Assembly: GCA_951406725.2 (NCBI GenBank)
Contig: OX597824.1
Location: 69,440,001-69,504,000, forward strand
Direction: 5' to 3'
DNA: 64,000 nucleotides
DNA from: Octopus vulgaris
Lineage: Eukaryota
Shown here piece after piece: positions 1 through 13,736 of this stretch (position 1 is the stretch's first letter; every line of letters starts with the position of its first letter). Under the pieces are notes generated by a model that was not told the DNA's origin, searched no databases, and worked only from the letters and a program-made list of their open reading frames with translations. A program made the translations under genes and the position numbers.

Positions 1-520
1 AAATTCGTACATAGCAAGTATAAATTTGAAATCCAGCTATTTCCACCAGATATTAGTAAGAAATTATGTAATTTGATGGTTGCACTCCTCCAGGATTAGC
101 GGAGAATCTGTCATGGTCTAGTACTGAATTGGGTCTCGTTTTATCAATTACCACAATGATGTTAGTAGTGTCGGAAGTTATGATGGGACGAATATTTTGA
201 GGTTTTATTTCATCAGTATTGCCTAATCACCTGCACTGAAGACAGAGCAATATTGCTTCTATAGAATCTCTATCGTATCTTTGGCATTGTTGAGTTGAAT
301 GCCGTTTACAGCGATCAGTGGGCTAACGGCAAAGAATGAAATAAAGTGTTCCATGCTATTTTGATTGTTTTGTTGGGGTTTTTTTATGAATAGAGAATTT
401 TGTCTCTGATTCTTATATTGGCCGAGTAAATTTTAGCAATCTTAATTTATCGATACCAAATGAATGAAAGACAGTCGACCTGGGCGGAATTTGAACACAG
501 AATGTAAACACGTCCCCTTC

Positions 521-528
521 ATAATAAT

Positions 529-598
<70 letters not shown>
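521..598 (+). repeat. (TAA)n microsatellite upstream of an R4/Dong relic
   Basis: Near-perfect AAT repeats read directly. Confidence 0.95.
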
Positions 599-599
599 T

Positions 600-1458
600 A
601 TGTAAAAAAGTGACGTGGAACCATTATTGAAACATGCGAAGATGGCTGACGTCATTAAAACTGAGAATTATGTAAAGAAAGAAAAATTTATAGAGCAAAA
701 GAACACGAAAAAATAAACAGTATGGAAGGAAAAAATGTACGATCAGTTTGCAAGAGATACAAACACCAAGATAGGTTCAGAATACCGGTAGCTATGGACG
801 AGGAGGAGAGACCTGAAGATAGAGACAGAGGCGCTTATATGCGCAGCTCAAGAACAAGTGTTAGGGACCAACTATATGAAGTGCAGAATCGACAACACTA
901 CCGGCAGCGACAAATGCAAAACGTGTGGTGAAAGGGGTGAAACGGTACGGCACATCGTTAGCGAATGCCAAAATTAGCACAACGCGAATACAAAAGACGA
1001 CATGACAATGTAGTAAGAATGATCCATTGGGTGCACTGGGGAAGTCACAGCCAACAAAGAGCAAAGACGTGGTATAAAAAACTCCAGAAGGAGTCACCGA
1101 TAATGAAAATTACAAAATCCTGTGGGATGCAATGATCCAGTACGATCACCTGATCAGACATTGGAAACTGGACATTGTTGTGGTGAATAAAAAAGAAAGA
1201 ATATGTATGATAATCGGCATAGCATGCTCTGGTGACAACAGGATCAAGGTGAAAGAAGAGGAAAAAATGGACAATTATGACGATTTGAAGTGGGAAATGC
1301 GAAGGTTTTGGTCAATGAAGAGAGTAGACGTGATACCAACAGTAATTGGTGCACTTGGAAGTATCAGCACTCAACTACCAATATGACACAAAAAGATTGC
1401 TACAAGTTTAGAAAGTAGAACACCTACAAAAATAAGCTTTTTCCTGGAACAGAAAGAA
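600..1458 (+). mobile_element. 5'-truncated, decayed R4/Dong-clade non-LTR retrotransposon (CCHC finger + RLE endonuclease)
   Basis: Manual translation gives DLKIETEALICAAQEQVLGTNY, CKTCGERGETVRHIVSEC, KRRHDNV, then ORF 1132-1386 (KLDIVVVNKKERICMIIGIAC...YDDLKWEM...VIPTVIGALG). Colinear with the C-terminus of ORF 24455-26362. Confidence 0.9.
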
Positions 1459-1459
1459 A

Positions 1460-1700
1460 TATGTTAGAGAAATCGGAATTGACATGAGAGCAGAGGGAGC
1501 CCAAAAAGCTGCGCTGCTGGGGAAGGCTAGGATTTTGATATTGGTACTTGGATGTTGAATGTCTTCTATGATAATTAACATACAATAATCAAAGCTTATA
1601 ATGTGCGGAAAGAGACCTTATGAGTCCTCTGGCAAGAGGCTGCTGTCCGCTCTCACAGAATCAACCACAGCAAACAAGACCGAGTACTCTGAGAAGTAAA
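1460..1700 (+). mobile_element. Second, very short R4/Dong 3'-end fragment with 3' UTR
   Basis: Encodes QKAALLGKARILILVLGC* (compare QKIVLTGTSHVLRRALSM* at the end of ORF 24455-26362). A terminal-like motif (EHLQK*) already occurs at ~1418-1435. Followed by (CAA)n/(TAA). Confidence 0.65.
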
Positions 1701-1734
1701 ACAACCACAACAACAACAATAATAGTGTTAATAT

Positions 1735-2575
1735 TTTCTTTATTGGCCACAAGGACCGAACACAAAACAAAAAGGATTATATAAAAACAAAGGACAAGTG
1801 GAGCCTAACACAAAAGTATATGCAAGCAATAGCAAAAACCTTAAAACTCCCCACAAGGTGGGGGCGATTCCAGCCGAGGCAACCAAGGAATCCAACACAT
1901 CCTGGTGCCCCCAATCTCTAACGGCATCACAGGCAGGCACCCCTATTCACTCTATCCTATCTGGATGACAAGCGCATGTTTAGAGTAGGCTCATTCACAC
2001 AGGCCGCCCTCGTCACATTTACCCAACTTTCTGCAAAAAATCTCCATTCTCACTTTCCTTTATATTGAATAGAAATTTCAAAACAATCGATGACGGCTTG
2101 GCCGAGGTGGAACGTATCTGTCTTCAGTCCTTTCAACCGTGTCCACCACACTAACTCTTTGACCATAGCCACCTGATAGAGGAAAACTTCTTGCCCTTCC
2201 CGGTCTAAAGAAGATGGTAGAACGATTCAGCCGATAACCGGATCCGCTCTACGCGTGATAACATTGGATGAATGCATGCAGAACGGTTTCATCGCTCTGC
2301 TCGCATCTCAGACAGGACCGTCTAACAGCACCTCCGTGCCTCTAGAGCTTGTCCTAAACCTACAGGGCCCCGGTAGCATTACCAGTATCGGGATTTTGGG
2401 ATATTATCAAAAGAATCCAGTCCGAAGGTTCTCCAGAAAAGGCCAGCTAATTGATCTCCCCCGACATCCAAACTTTCCTTCCAAGGACGTTGTCGTTGCT
2501 GCTCGCCACTGATCCCCTACAGAACTCCAATGTGGAACTTCCACCGACCGCATTGTCCGACTGGCAGAGGGCTGT
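1735..2575 (-). mobile_element. Tx1/L1-clade LINE 3' fragment (ORF2 zinc knuckle, C-terminus, 3' UTR)
   Basis: Minus strand encodes CLRCEQSDETVLHAFIQC and VAMVKELVWWTRLKGLKTDTF, homologous to ORF 39582-39764. The 3' end TTCGGTCCTTGTGGCCAATAAAGAAA resembles 40091-40117. Confidence 0.8.
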
Positions 2576-2989
2576 GAGTGATAATAATACAAGTTTTTTT
2601 TGGTTTGGCACAGAAGCGATATATTACAAATAACAAATATACTACAACATACAAAGCTAAATGAAAATTGTAGTAACAATCAGGAAGTGGACGAGAACAA
2701 TAAGAACAAGATGACGAGCAGAGAAATACAGCAGCAATTTCATCATCATTACTATCATCGTCGTCATCGTCGTCAAACGCCACAACAGCGCAAAGAAGTC
2801 TGTGACAGAATGGAAATGACATTTCGCGTGTAAGAATATTTGTCTAGAGCAATGATAATAGCCTCACGTTTGGTGAGCAAATTGGAGAATAAACAGATCA
2901 GATGCACAAACAGACGGGGGACATGAGAAGCAGATAAATATATAAATAGATCGATGGACAGAAATATATGTAGACAGATAGGAAAATTA

Positions 2990-3725
<736 letters not shown>

Positions 3726-4464
3726 AATGGTGAGAAAGCGGAGGATGATGGAAAAAATAGATACTTGTGTGGCTGATAGATAGATCGATATAAAAAAAAA
3801 GGAAAGAAAGAAAGCAAGACCTAAATAAATACTAATAAAAAAAATCAAGAAAGACCTTAGTGATAAATAGAAGGGAATCTCGAAAGCATGTAAACAAACA
3901 AGCTAGGGCAAACAAATGAAAAAACATTAAGATATTAAGAATGAAAGATTGTAAACAAAATTAACGAGAAATGAAGCAAAAATTGTCTAAAAATACAATA
4001 TAAATAAATCTTAAAAGTAAAATGTAAAGAAAAAATAAATATATAAAGAAGGGGAAAAGATAAAAGAAAATAAAGAAATGTAATGTAAAAGAAATAAAAA
4101 ATGTAAAAGAAATGAGAGAAAATAAGTAAAGGATAAGGGAGTCGCGTGAAGTGAAGAAAATAGATGAAAATGTATATAAAAATTGAGAGATGGGCGAGTT
4201 GGAATGGAGGAAGGAGATGGGGAGAGAAAGAGATGGGGAGAGAAAGATAGACTGATAGAGACAGAGAGATAGAGAGAGACAGAGATAAATGGAGAAGGAA
4301 AAAGATAACGATAGGTAATGAGATGAAGAGGGCGAGAGAGAGAGAGAAAGAGCGTGAGAGAGAGAGAGAGACAGAGAGAAAAGGCGAAGATGTATATGCA
4401 CTTTGTATGTGTATATAAACACACACTCACACAAACACATTTACGCACGCACGCATACACACAC

Positions 4465-4515
<51 letters not shown>

Positions 4516-5819
4516 CATAAACATAATGAGAAGAAGAGAGAGAAGGTAGCGGTGGGAGGAGGGAAGAAAGAAGGGGAAGAAAGAAATTGTAGTAGTACAT
4601 ACAATAAATGGATAAGTAATTAGACAAAGAAAAGGGGAAAAAATTGGAGAAAGAAATCAAAAACAAATGAAGAAGGAGCAAAAAGAAAAGAAATATTATG
4701 GTAAATGGTATCATCTTGTTTTCTTTTGTAACCATTTAATTGAATTATTTGCTTTTCTGATGTTATTATTGATGTTCTTGTCGTTTTGTTTGTTTGTTTG
4801 CTCTCTCTCTCTCTCTCTTGATTTGCTAACGTATTTTTTCTGGTGTTTTTTTTGTTTTTTTTTTGTTTATTTGTTGTTGTTTTTTTCATCTTTTTTTTTT
4901 TTCTGTCATCTTTTGATATCCACTTTGAAAGTAGACGTGGCAAAAATTGATGGAGTGATGGAGTGTCGGATTTAAAACAGTATCTTTTGTTGTTGTTGTT
5001 GTTGATGTTGTCGATGTTTTTGTCGTTGATGATGATAATGATGATGATGCTGTTGGTGTTATGGTTGCTGCCGTTCGTGTTTAGCGTGGCGAAAATTAAT
5101 GAAAATGATAGAACGGTTAAACACATTTTTTTTTCCTCTAAGTTGGATGAGTTTTTTTTCTTTTCTTTGTTTTATTTTTCAACTATGTGTTTAGGATTGA
5201 AATATTTGGTGGAGTTTTAAAAACAAAAAAATAACTAACAACAAAGCTAATTTAAAAACATGCTGTCCCTCTAACGGTCGTAGCAATTACAAGGGAGATA
5301 ATAATTTCGTTTATAATACGAAGTAGGATCAAAAATTTTTAATTGAAATTAAGAAATTATATGCATGGCATTCATCTATTTGATTATTACATTGTGTAAC
5401 AAGATTGTCTTTTTCTTGTCTTAGGTCAGTAAATGTTATTTCCTATTTGCTTCTATCTAGAAATCAAAGGAAATTACTACCATTCCCTTCAAACTTTGGT
5501 TTTGTGACCTGGATACCAATGTTTTGAAACTAAACTCATTTCCATCACATTTCAGACAGATTCAACGCTGAATTGCTGAAGCAAGAACATCATTGTAGGA
5601 AATATTTGGCTCAGTACCATAGATTTGCTTGCCAGTTGCTTGACCATGATCACTTGAGCCTGTCCCTTGGTGGCTGACAATATGTTCATCTCTGATTATG
5701 TGGAGGAGTAGTGGGGGAGCATCACAGCCATATGTTGAGGGGCATTCTTTGGGGTTCGTAAGCAAATAAGCAGTAACGGCTACTACTCAAGGGCAAAATT
5801 CGTCTTGTACAGTGTTATT

Positions 5820-6415
5820 CGAGCTGACAGAATCGTTAACGTGTCGGACAAAATGCTGCTAGGCATTTCGTCTATGTTCTGAGTTCAAATTTCCGCCGAG
5901 GTCACCTTTGCCTTTCATCATTCCGTGGTCGATGAAATAAATAACATTCAAGTGCTGTTAGTGATGTAATCGATTAACCCCTCTCACAAATTTTCAGGCT
6001 TATGTCTATAGTTGAACGAATTTTTAAAGGTGGGTTGCTGGCAGAAATTTTACCGCGCCGGAGCAAAATGCTTAACTGCATTTCTTCCGGGTTTTTTACG
6101 TTCGGAGCTTAAATCCCGCCAAAATTGACTTTACCTTTCATCCTTTCGTGGTCGATAAAATAAGTACCAGTAAAGTGCTGAAGTCGATGTAATCGACTTC
6201 CTCTTCCCCCAAAAAATTGCTGGCTCTGTGCAAAAAATTTGAAACAAAGTCGGCGAGATGGCAGAATCGTCAGCACGCCGGAAAAGATACTTAGCAACAT
6301 TCAAATTCCGCCAAGGTGGACTTTGCTTTTCAACCTTTTGATGCTGGTAATATAAGCACCAGTTGAAAACTGGGGTCGATGTAATCGACTTATACTCTCC
6401 TCTGAATTTGAAGCC
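5820..6415 (+). mobile_element. Three tandem copies of tRNA-derived SINE family B (~5820-6020, 6028-6246, 6250-6415)
   Basis: Each has an A-box-like TG(G/A)CAGAA head, a TCAAATTCCGCC-like B box, and the body GACTTTGCCTTTCATCCTTT..GGTCGATAAAATAAGTACCAG..GTCGATGTAATCGACT. Confidence 0.85.
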
Positions 6416-6857
6416 ATTATTTTTGTTTTCTTTTGTTTACTCACTTAAAACGTTCTTAAAATTTCTGTATCCGCTAAAATTTTAATCTAGACACTATTTT
6501 AGTTGAACACGTATTTCTTAGTGTTTAGTGTTGCAAATCAAGAGTAGTGCAATTCAAATATATTAAAAGCATGTCTATTTGTTTTTCTAGTACGAGAAAC
6601 TTAATACGGTTAAGACAAAGCTATTCATTTCCTTGTGTCCACCATTACAAATTTTGCTAAATACGTTTAGGTGATTTCGTGATTTCAATTTATTAAATTA
6701 GAGACTAAATTATTTAGCTAAACATAAATTAGTTTCGTATTCAACATGGCGAATTTGGTGAAGCTCGATCGGTGAAGTAAAAAAACACTTTTATTTGTAT
6801 TTAGCAGAACAACATTTAGAGAGTTATTTATTCATATATTTATTATTCAGTCTTCTG

Positions 6858-7160
6858 TTTAGTGGTATTTCGTCTGTTTTTATGTTCCGAATTCGAATTC
6901 CGCCAAAGTCGACTTTGCCATTCATCTTCTCAGGTTCGATAAAATAAATTATCTTTTTTCTGCAATGCAGTAGAACAAGCAGAAGTTGATAGTGCATCGA
7001 ACAAAATACTTAGTGGCATGTCATCCGGCTCTAGATCCTTAGTCCACACAAGTCGACTTCGCTTGTCATTCTTTCGGGGTCGATAGATCAAGTACCAATA
7101 GTGCAGTGGTGGGGTTCAATGCCATCGACTAATACCTCTACCTAAATTTTGAAACCATGT
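6858..7160 (+). mobile_element. Two degenerate SINE family B fragments
   Basis: GTCGACTTTGCCATTCATC..TCGATAAAATAA (6908-6947) and GTCGACTTCGCTTGTCATTCTTTCGGGGTCGATAG (7052-7087). Confidence 0.7.
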
Positions 7161-7465
7161 CTTAAGTGTTCTGTATTAAAAATTTGATGCTGAATACTAA
7201 ATTTAACTAAACAAATCTTTCTCATGCCTAGCATTTCGAAATTCTTTAGAAAAATTAGTGAAACACATTTTTTTATTCATACTTAGCTTTAAAATTTTTA
7301 AGTTTCAACACTTTAGTCGAAACATTTCTTTCTTCTGTTGTTAAACCTGTTAGCAATCCATAGAGCGAAATCTAAGCAGATTTATTTCATAGTGTTTAAG
7401 AGGACAATCTTGATAATGTGAAAACGCTTTAGTTTTTCCTCGATAGCCATATGTAATATGTAATA

Positions 7466-7885
7466 GGCGCAGGAGTGGCTGTGTGGTAAGTAGCTTGTCT
7501 ACCAACCACATGCTTCCGGGTTCAGTCCCACTGCGTGGCACCTTGGGCAAGTGTCTTCTACTATAGCCTCGGGCCGACCAAAGCCTTGTGAGTGGATTTG
7601 GTAGACGGAAACTGAAAGAAGCCCGTCGTATATATGTATATATATATATATGCGTGTGTGTGTTTGTGTGTCTGTGTTTGTCCCCTAGCATTGCTTGACA
7701 ACCGATGCTGGTGTGTTTATGTCCCCGTTACTTAGCGGTTCGGCAAAAGAGACCGATAGAATAAGTACTGGGCTTACAAAAGAATAAGTCCCGGGGTCGA
7801 GTTGCTCGATTAAAAGGCGGTGCTCCAACATGGCCGCAGTCAAATGACTGAAACAAGTAAAAGAGTAAAAGAGTAAAGAGTAAAG
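7466..7885 (+). mobile_element. Full-length tRNA-derived SINE family A (CORE-like motif, internal (TA)/(TG) microsatellite, CR1-type tail)
   Basis: A box TGGCTGTGTGG, B box GGTTCAGTCCC, CORE-like CACCTTGGGCAAGT, tail GGCGGTGCTCCAACATGGCCGCAGTC..GACTGAAACAAGT(AAAAGAGT)n. Near-identical to 14602-15008. Confidence 0.9.
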
Positions 7886-8804
7886 AGTGTTTAAGAGGAC
7901 AAACTTGATAATGTGCAAACGCCTTCCTCGTATTTAACATTACGATAGCCATATGTCTAGCTTGACAAATATGATAAAAATAACGTGCAGTGCGAAAGCT
8001 TCTGCCAGATCGCCACTTTGCATCTTACATTATAATGATTGAATCTGGAACCATGCGGTAGGGACGCAAACTTCTTAACAAAAGCCACTATGTAGTTTAT
8101 TTATATTCTTAATAATATTCTTAATAATTCGTGCACGTAGAACAACGAGAGCCCATACAATAACGTATCTAATTTCTCAAAACGTTCTGGTAGAGTAGAA
8201 CGTGAGCATGCTGATCACTACTGTTTCTCATCATCAAATAATATCTCTCTTTAGACGATGTGTGTTCAGAACACGCGCGATTTACTGATGTAGGGAGGTT
8301 TTAAATATTTTGACGTTTCAACCTCATTGTGAGTCTCCTCAGTTAAAGTTACCGATGAATTTGACAAGAGTGCAAGCTCTAGTTTATAGAAACCAGCAAA
8401 CCGATTATAAGTATCAGCAGCAGAATTCTATAAGATTTTCGCAGATGAAATTCTAATAAATAAATGGATTATCTCTACAACTACAACCGTCCAGTCATCC
8501 ATTAAACAATCCGTCAAACAATCTATTAAACAATCCACCTGCCTACCAAGCAATTTTACCGATCCATCTACGGACGCTTAACAATTTATAGTCCCACACT
8601 ACCACCGAACGATTTATCCATCAAAGAGCAGCTGAAACAATTCTTCAAACAATCAGCCTACCCTCTCACCACCCATCCAAACAGCTAACCATGTAGCCAA
8701 CCAAGCAACCAGCCAACCGGCCAGCTACAAATCAACTACACATCTACCTATCCAACCACTACCCATCAAACTGCCCAAACTTCCGCCTGTCCAACCATCC
8801 ATAC

Positions 8805-9207
8805 TCTTACTCTTTTACTTGTTTCAGTCATTTGACTGCAGCCATACTGGAGCACCGCCTTTAGTCGAGCAAATCGACTCCAGGACTTATTCTTTGTAAG
8901 CCTAGTTCTTATTCTATCGGTCTCTTTTGCCGAACCGCTAAGTTACGGAGACGTAAACACACCCGCATCGGTTGTCAGGTGATGTTGGGTGAACAAAGAC
9001 AGACACGCAAACACACACACACATATATATACATATACATATATACGACGAGCTTCTTTCAGTTTCCGTCTACCAAATCCACTCACAAGGCTTTGGTCAG
9101 CCCGAGGCTACAGTAGAAGACACTTGCCCAAGTTGCCAAGCAGTGGGACTGAATCAGGAACCATGTGGTTCGTAAGCAAGCTACTTACCACACAGCCACT
9201 CCTGCGC
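8805..9207 (-). mobile_element. SINE family A, full-length
   Basis: Reverse complement of the 7466-7885 sequence over its whole length. Confidence 0.9.
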
Positions 9208-9439
9208 CATAATATCGAACCATTTTGCCATCCATTCATTTATACATCAAACCAACCCCATCCAACTGTCCGTTGCACTATCAATTCATCTATCCACCCG
9301 TGTGTCCATTTATTCATTCGTCCGTCTAACTATCCAACCCGACATCTATTTCATCCATCGAACCATCTAACCATTCATCTATTTATACAACCATCAACCT
9401 ATCCATTTAGCGAGCCATCTATTCAGTTATATATTATAC

Positions 9440-9740
9440 TGGCACTCCGTTGGTCTCGACGATGAGTGCGCCGGTGATCCGATCAACGGAACAATCTGTT
9501 CTTGAAATTAACGTACAAATGGCTGAGTCCTCTACAGATACACGTGCCCTTAATGTGGTTCTCAGGGAGATACAGAGTGACACACTGAATGTGACAAGAC
9601 TGGCCCTTTTTGTCAACTGAATGAACCGGAGCAGCGTGAAATAATTTCTTGCTTGAGGACACGTCGCGCCGACGGGAATCGGGGTCAAGGCCTTATGATC
9701 GTAAACTGAATACCGTAACCGCTAAACCACACGCCTTCAC
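9440..9740 (-). mobile_element. tRNA-derived SINE family C
   Basis: Shares GCACTCCGT..GATCCGATCAACGGAACA..GAAATTAACGT with 54963-55342; tRNA-like head at ~9670-9740. Confidence 0.8.
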
Positions 9741-9899
9741 ATATGTGAAATACAGGACAGGCAAAAAGGTTAAGTTGACCTGAGGCTAAAGAACAACAAC
9801 AACATCAAAAACAACAACAACAACAACAACAACAACAGCAACAACAATAGCAACAGCAGCATTAATAAAAAGAACTTCGGTGCAATGTGTCTGTGAGGA

Positions 9900-10108
9900 A
9901 ATCTCTCAGGGAGATTCAGCATGACACAGAATATGGTGAGGCTGGTCCTTTTGAAATACAGGCACTATTCATTTTTGCCAGTTTGGTGTATTGGAACAAC
10001 GATAAATAAAATGTCTAGCTCAAAGACAAAACGCGCAGCCGAAATTTGAACTCATGATTTTATGATCGTGAGTCGAATACCGTTGCCACTAAGCCATGCG
10101 CCTTCACT
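9900..10108 (-). mobile_element. SINE family C, 3'-truncated
   Basis: TCTCAGGGAGATTCAGCATGACACAGA body and CCACTAAGCCATGCGCCTTCAC head (as read on the plus strand). Confidence 0.7.
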
Positions 10109-10243
10109 CATCTTCCCAACTATCCGACCATACACCCAACCAACCAGCCAGCCAGTAATCCACCAAAAACATACATTCATTTATCAATCTATCCACCCAG
10201 ATATCTATCTATCCAATCACTCGTCCAGCCATTTAGCAACATT

Positions 10244-11235
10244 CCACGCATCCATCCATCCACGCATCCATCCATCCATCCACGCATCCATCTATCTACG
10301 CATCCATTTATCCACGCATCCATCCATCCCTGCATCCATCTGTCCACGCATCCATCTATCCACGCATCCATCTTTCCCTGCATCCATCTATCCACGCATC
10401 CATCTATCCACGCATCCATCCATCCCTGCATCCATCTGTCCACGCATCCATCTATCCACGCATCCATCTTTGCCTGCATCCATCTATCCACGCATCCATC
10501 TGTACACGCATCCATCTATCCACGCATCCATCTATCCACGCATCCATCATTCCACGCATCCATCATTCCACGCATCCATCATTCCACGCATCCATCTATC
10601 CACGCATCCATCTATCCACGCATCCATCTATCCACGCATCCATCTATCCACGCATCCATCTTTGCCTGCATCCATCTATCCACGCATCCATCTGTACACG
10701 CATCCAACTATCCACGCATCCATCTATCCACGCATCCATCATTCCACGCATCCATCATTCCACGCATCCATCTATCCACGCATCCATCTATCCACGCATC
10801 CATCTCTCCCTGCATCCATCTATCCACGCATCCATCTACCCCTGCATCCATCTATCCACGCATCCATCTATCCACGCATCTATCCATCCCTGCATCCATC
10901 TATCCACGCATCCATCTATCCCTGCATCCATCTATCCACGCATCCATCTATCCACGCATCCATCTATCCACGCATCCATCCATCCCTGCATCCATCTATC
11001 CACGCATCCATCTATCCCTGCATCCATCTATCCCCGCATCCATCTATACACGCATCCATCTATCCACGCATCCATCCATTCATGCATCCATCTATCCACG
11101 CATCCATCTATCCCTGCATCCATCTATCCCCGCATCCATCTATCCACGCATCCATCTATCCACGCATCCATCTATCCACGCATCCATCTATCTCTGCATC
11201 TATCTATCCTCGCATCGATGTATCCCCGCATCCAT
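10244..11235. repeat. 16-bp minisatellite (CACGCATCCATCTATC)n, roughly 60 units
   Basis: Unit read directly. ORF 10062-11339 shows the expected 16-aa (3 x 16 nt) periodicity. Confidence 0.95.
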
Positions 11236-11578
11236 TTATTCTTCCATTCAACCAACCAACCATCGCACCATCCATTTATCTATTTAACCATTCATCCACC
11301 CAGCCGGCCAAGCATCCATTAAACCATCAAACCATTTAACCATCATTCCACCTATTCAACTTTCCATCACATTTAACTAGCCAGCCTTCAAGCAAACAAA
11401 AAACTATAGCCACAGCCATCCAAACAACCAACCAACCAACAAACAAACAAACCAGCCTGCCATCCTTCCCGCCCTCCAGCTATTTTTCTTTCTATTTTTC
11501 TTTTCATTCATCCACTGACAGACTGACTAACTGACCGTTCTACATCTGACCAGTCTTCAGTAAACGGCGATGACCAAT

Positions 11579-11612
<34 letters not shown>

Positions 11613-12556
11613 ACGATAAATGTAACAAAAACAAAAAGAAAAACAATGATTTTGCATCATTATTTTCCTTTCTTTCTCCTTCTTACTCATGATTTTGTTT
11701 CGCATTTGTTTTTTAGCGTTTTTATTTTATGTTCGCATTTTCGTCATTATCTTTCTGGTAGTTGTTGTTCTTATAGTAGCTGTTGTAAAGAATTACTTCC
11801 TGCAAGCCTGCAATGCCTTGACCGAATGCTTGACCATTAAGAATTAAACAAACCTTCAAATGTAATACTGAAGGAAATGTTTTTCTTTTTTGTTTTGCAT
11901 GTGTGCGGTCTGAGAGTAGGGGTCAGTTTTTTTTTTTTATGTTATTGTCAGTGTTGCTGTTGTCTTTATACTATTACTGCTGTTGCTGCTGTTGGTGTTT
12001 GATGTTCTATTATATTTTCAAAGACATTCCCTGTCCCTACCAGCAACGCGACTGAAACCATCATCACTATAAATGCCTCCCCACTCTCTAGCACCACCAC
12101 CTCTCTCTCTCTCACTTTCTATCTTTCCTCTACCTCTTTTTTTCTTGCTCTCCCGTTATTTTTGTCTGTTATATTTAGTAATCATTATATCTGACGCTTT
12201 CTTTTCTACATTTTACTTTGCTACATTATTCTTCTTCCCCATTTTTACCGAAAGGGGAGGGAGCAGAATAAAGTGTTTCTCTTATGTTTATATATTTTTC
12301 ATCTTATTGTATTTGTTTTTTTTTCTCTTTAGCTTCTTTGTTTGTGTTGTAGTTTTGTATCTTATAATCTTATTACTATTAGTATTGTTATTTGCATTGA
12401 CGTTATTGAATTTATTTATTTTTTCTTATTCTTCTTTCAAAAATCGTATAATTTGGTCGGTCACTACACATCTTCCTATCCAGCTCAATCCCACTCTTCA
12501 TTCAACTCATCAATTTTGTCCAGAAGTCCATTTATTACCATTTGCTCCATATTGGA

Positions 12557-12557
<1 letters not shown>

Positions 12558-12601
<44 letters not shown>

Positions 12602-12629
12602 GAATAATAATAAAAACAATAAAAATAAC

Positions 12630-12666
<37 letters not shown>

Positions 12667-12682
12667 TAATAAAAATAATAAA

Positions 12683-12732
<50 letters not shown>

Positions 12733-12835
12733 TATTAATAATAATAACAATAATAATAATAATAATATTAATAATGTTGATGATGATGATGATGATGATG
12801 ATGAGGAGGAGGAGGAGGAGGAGGAGGAGGAGGAT
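12558..12835. repeat. Compound (TAA)n-(GAT)n-(GAG)n microsatellite
   Basis: Read directly. Confidence 0.95.
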
Positions 12836-13367
12836 AACGAAAAGGGGAGAGAGAGGAGGAAAGAGAAAAATGATGAGAAAAAGATATCTTTATATTTCAC
12901 TTTTATGGTGCCTCCTTGTTTCCTTTCTGTTTAAATTCCTTATCTTACAAAATGTTTGTCTGTCTGTTTGTCGGTCAATTTATCCCCCACTCCCACTCTC
13001 TGTCACACTTTCTTTCTTTCTATTTCGTTTTCTTTTTTGTTTTTTGTTTTTTTTATTTGTTTGTTTTTTGTTTTTTGCTTTAATACTTTCCCTACTATCT
13101 CATCTTTATCTTCGTCTTCATCTTGTTGTCGTCTCCTTTCATCATTATAATACATCAGCTAAGTAATTAATTATTTCCTGACTGAATCTATTTGTTGTCG
13201 TTGCTATTAATTATTATTACCATTTATGTTGTTGTTCTTCTTCTTGTTCTTGTCATTTTAGCCTAAATGTCATTTTAGCCTAAATGTCCTGCAAAGCAAT
13301 TTTTTCCTTTTCTCTATTCACGTTATGACTAACACTTTTGAAAAACAAATGCTGCCGGACATCGAAT

Positions 13368-13705
13368 ACCTATCTACTTACCTACCTACCTACCTACCTA
13401 CCTACCTACCTACCTACCTACCTACCTACCTACCTACCTACCTACCTACGTACCTACGTACCTACCTACCTACCTACCTACCTACCTACCTACCTACCTA
13501 CCGACCTACCTACATACATACATACATACATGCATACATACTTACATACATACCTAACTAACTACCTACCTACCTACATACGTACATACATACATACCTG
13601 CCTACCTGCCTGCATGGCTATCTATCTACCTACCTACCTACCTGCCTCCTTACATACATACATACATATATACATACATACAAACATACATACATACATA
13701 CATAT

Positions 13706-13736
<31 letters not shown>

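Noticed and set aside
5530-5780. Probable additional interspersed repeat
   Set aside because: Only one copy in the window and no diagnostic termini, so it cannot be classified.
10244-11235. CRISPR-like regular repeat (also considered for 28237-30410)
   Set aside because: No unique spacers, no cas genes, and a eukaryotic context.
10062-11339. 425-aa His/Pro/Ser/Ile-rich ORF
   Set aside because: Stop-free reading of a 16-bp minisatellite whose unit is not a multiple of 3; no other coding signal.
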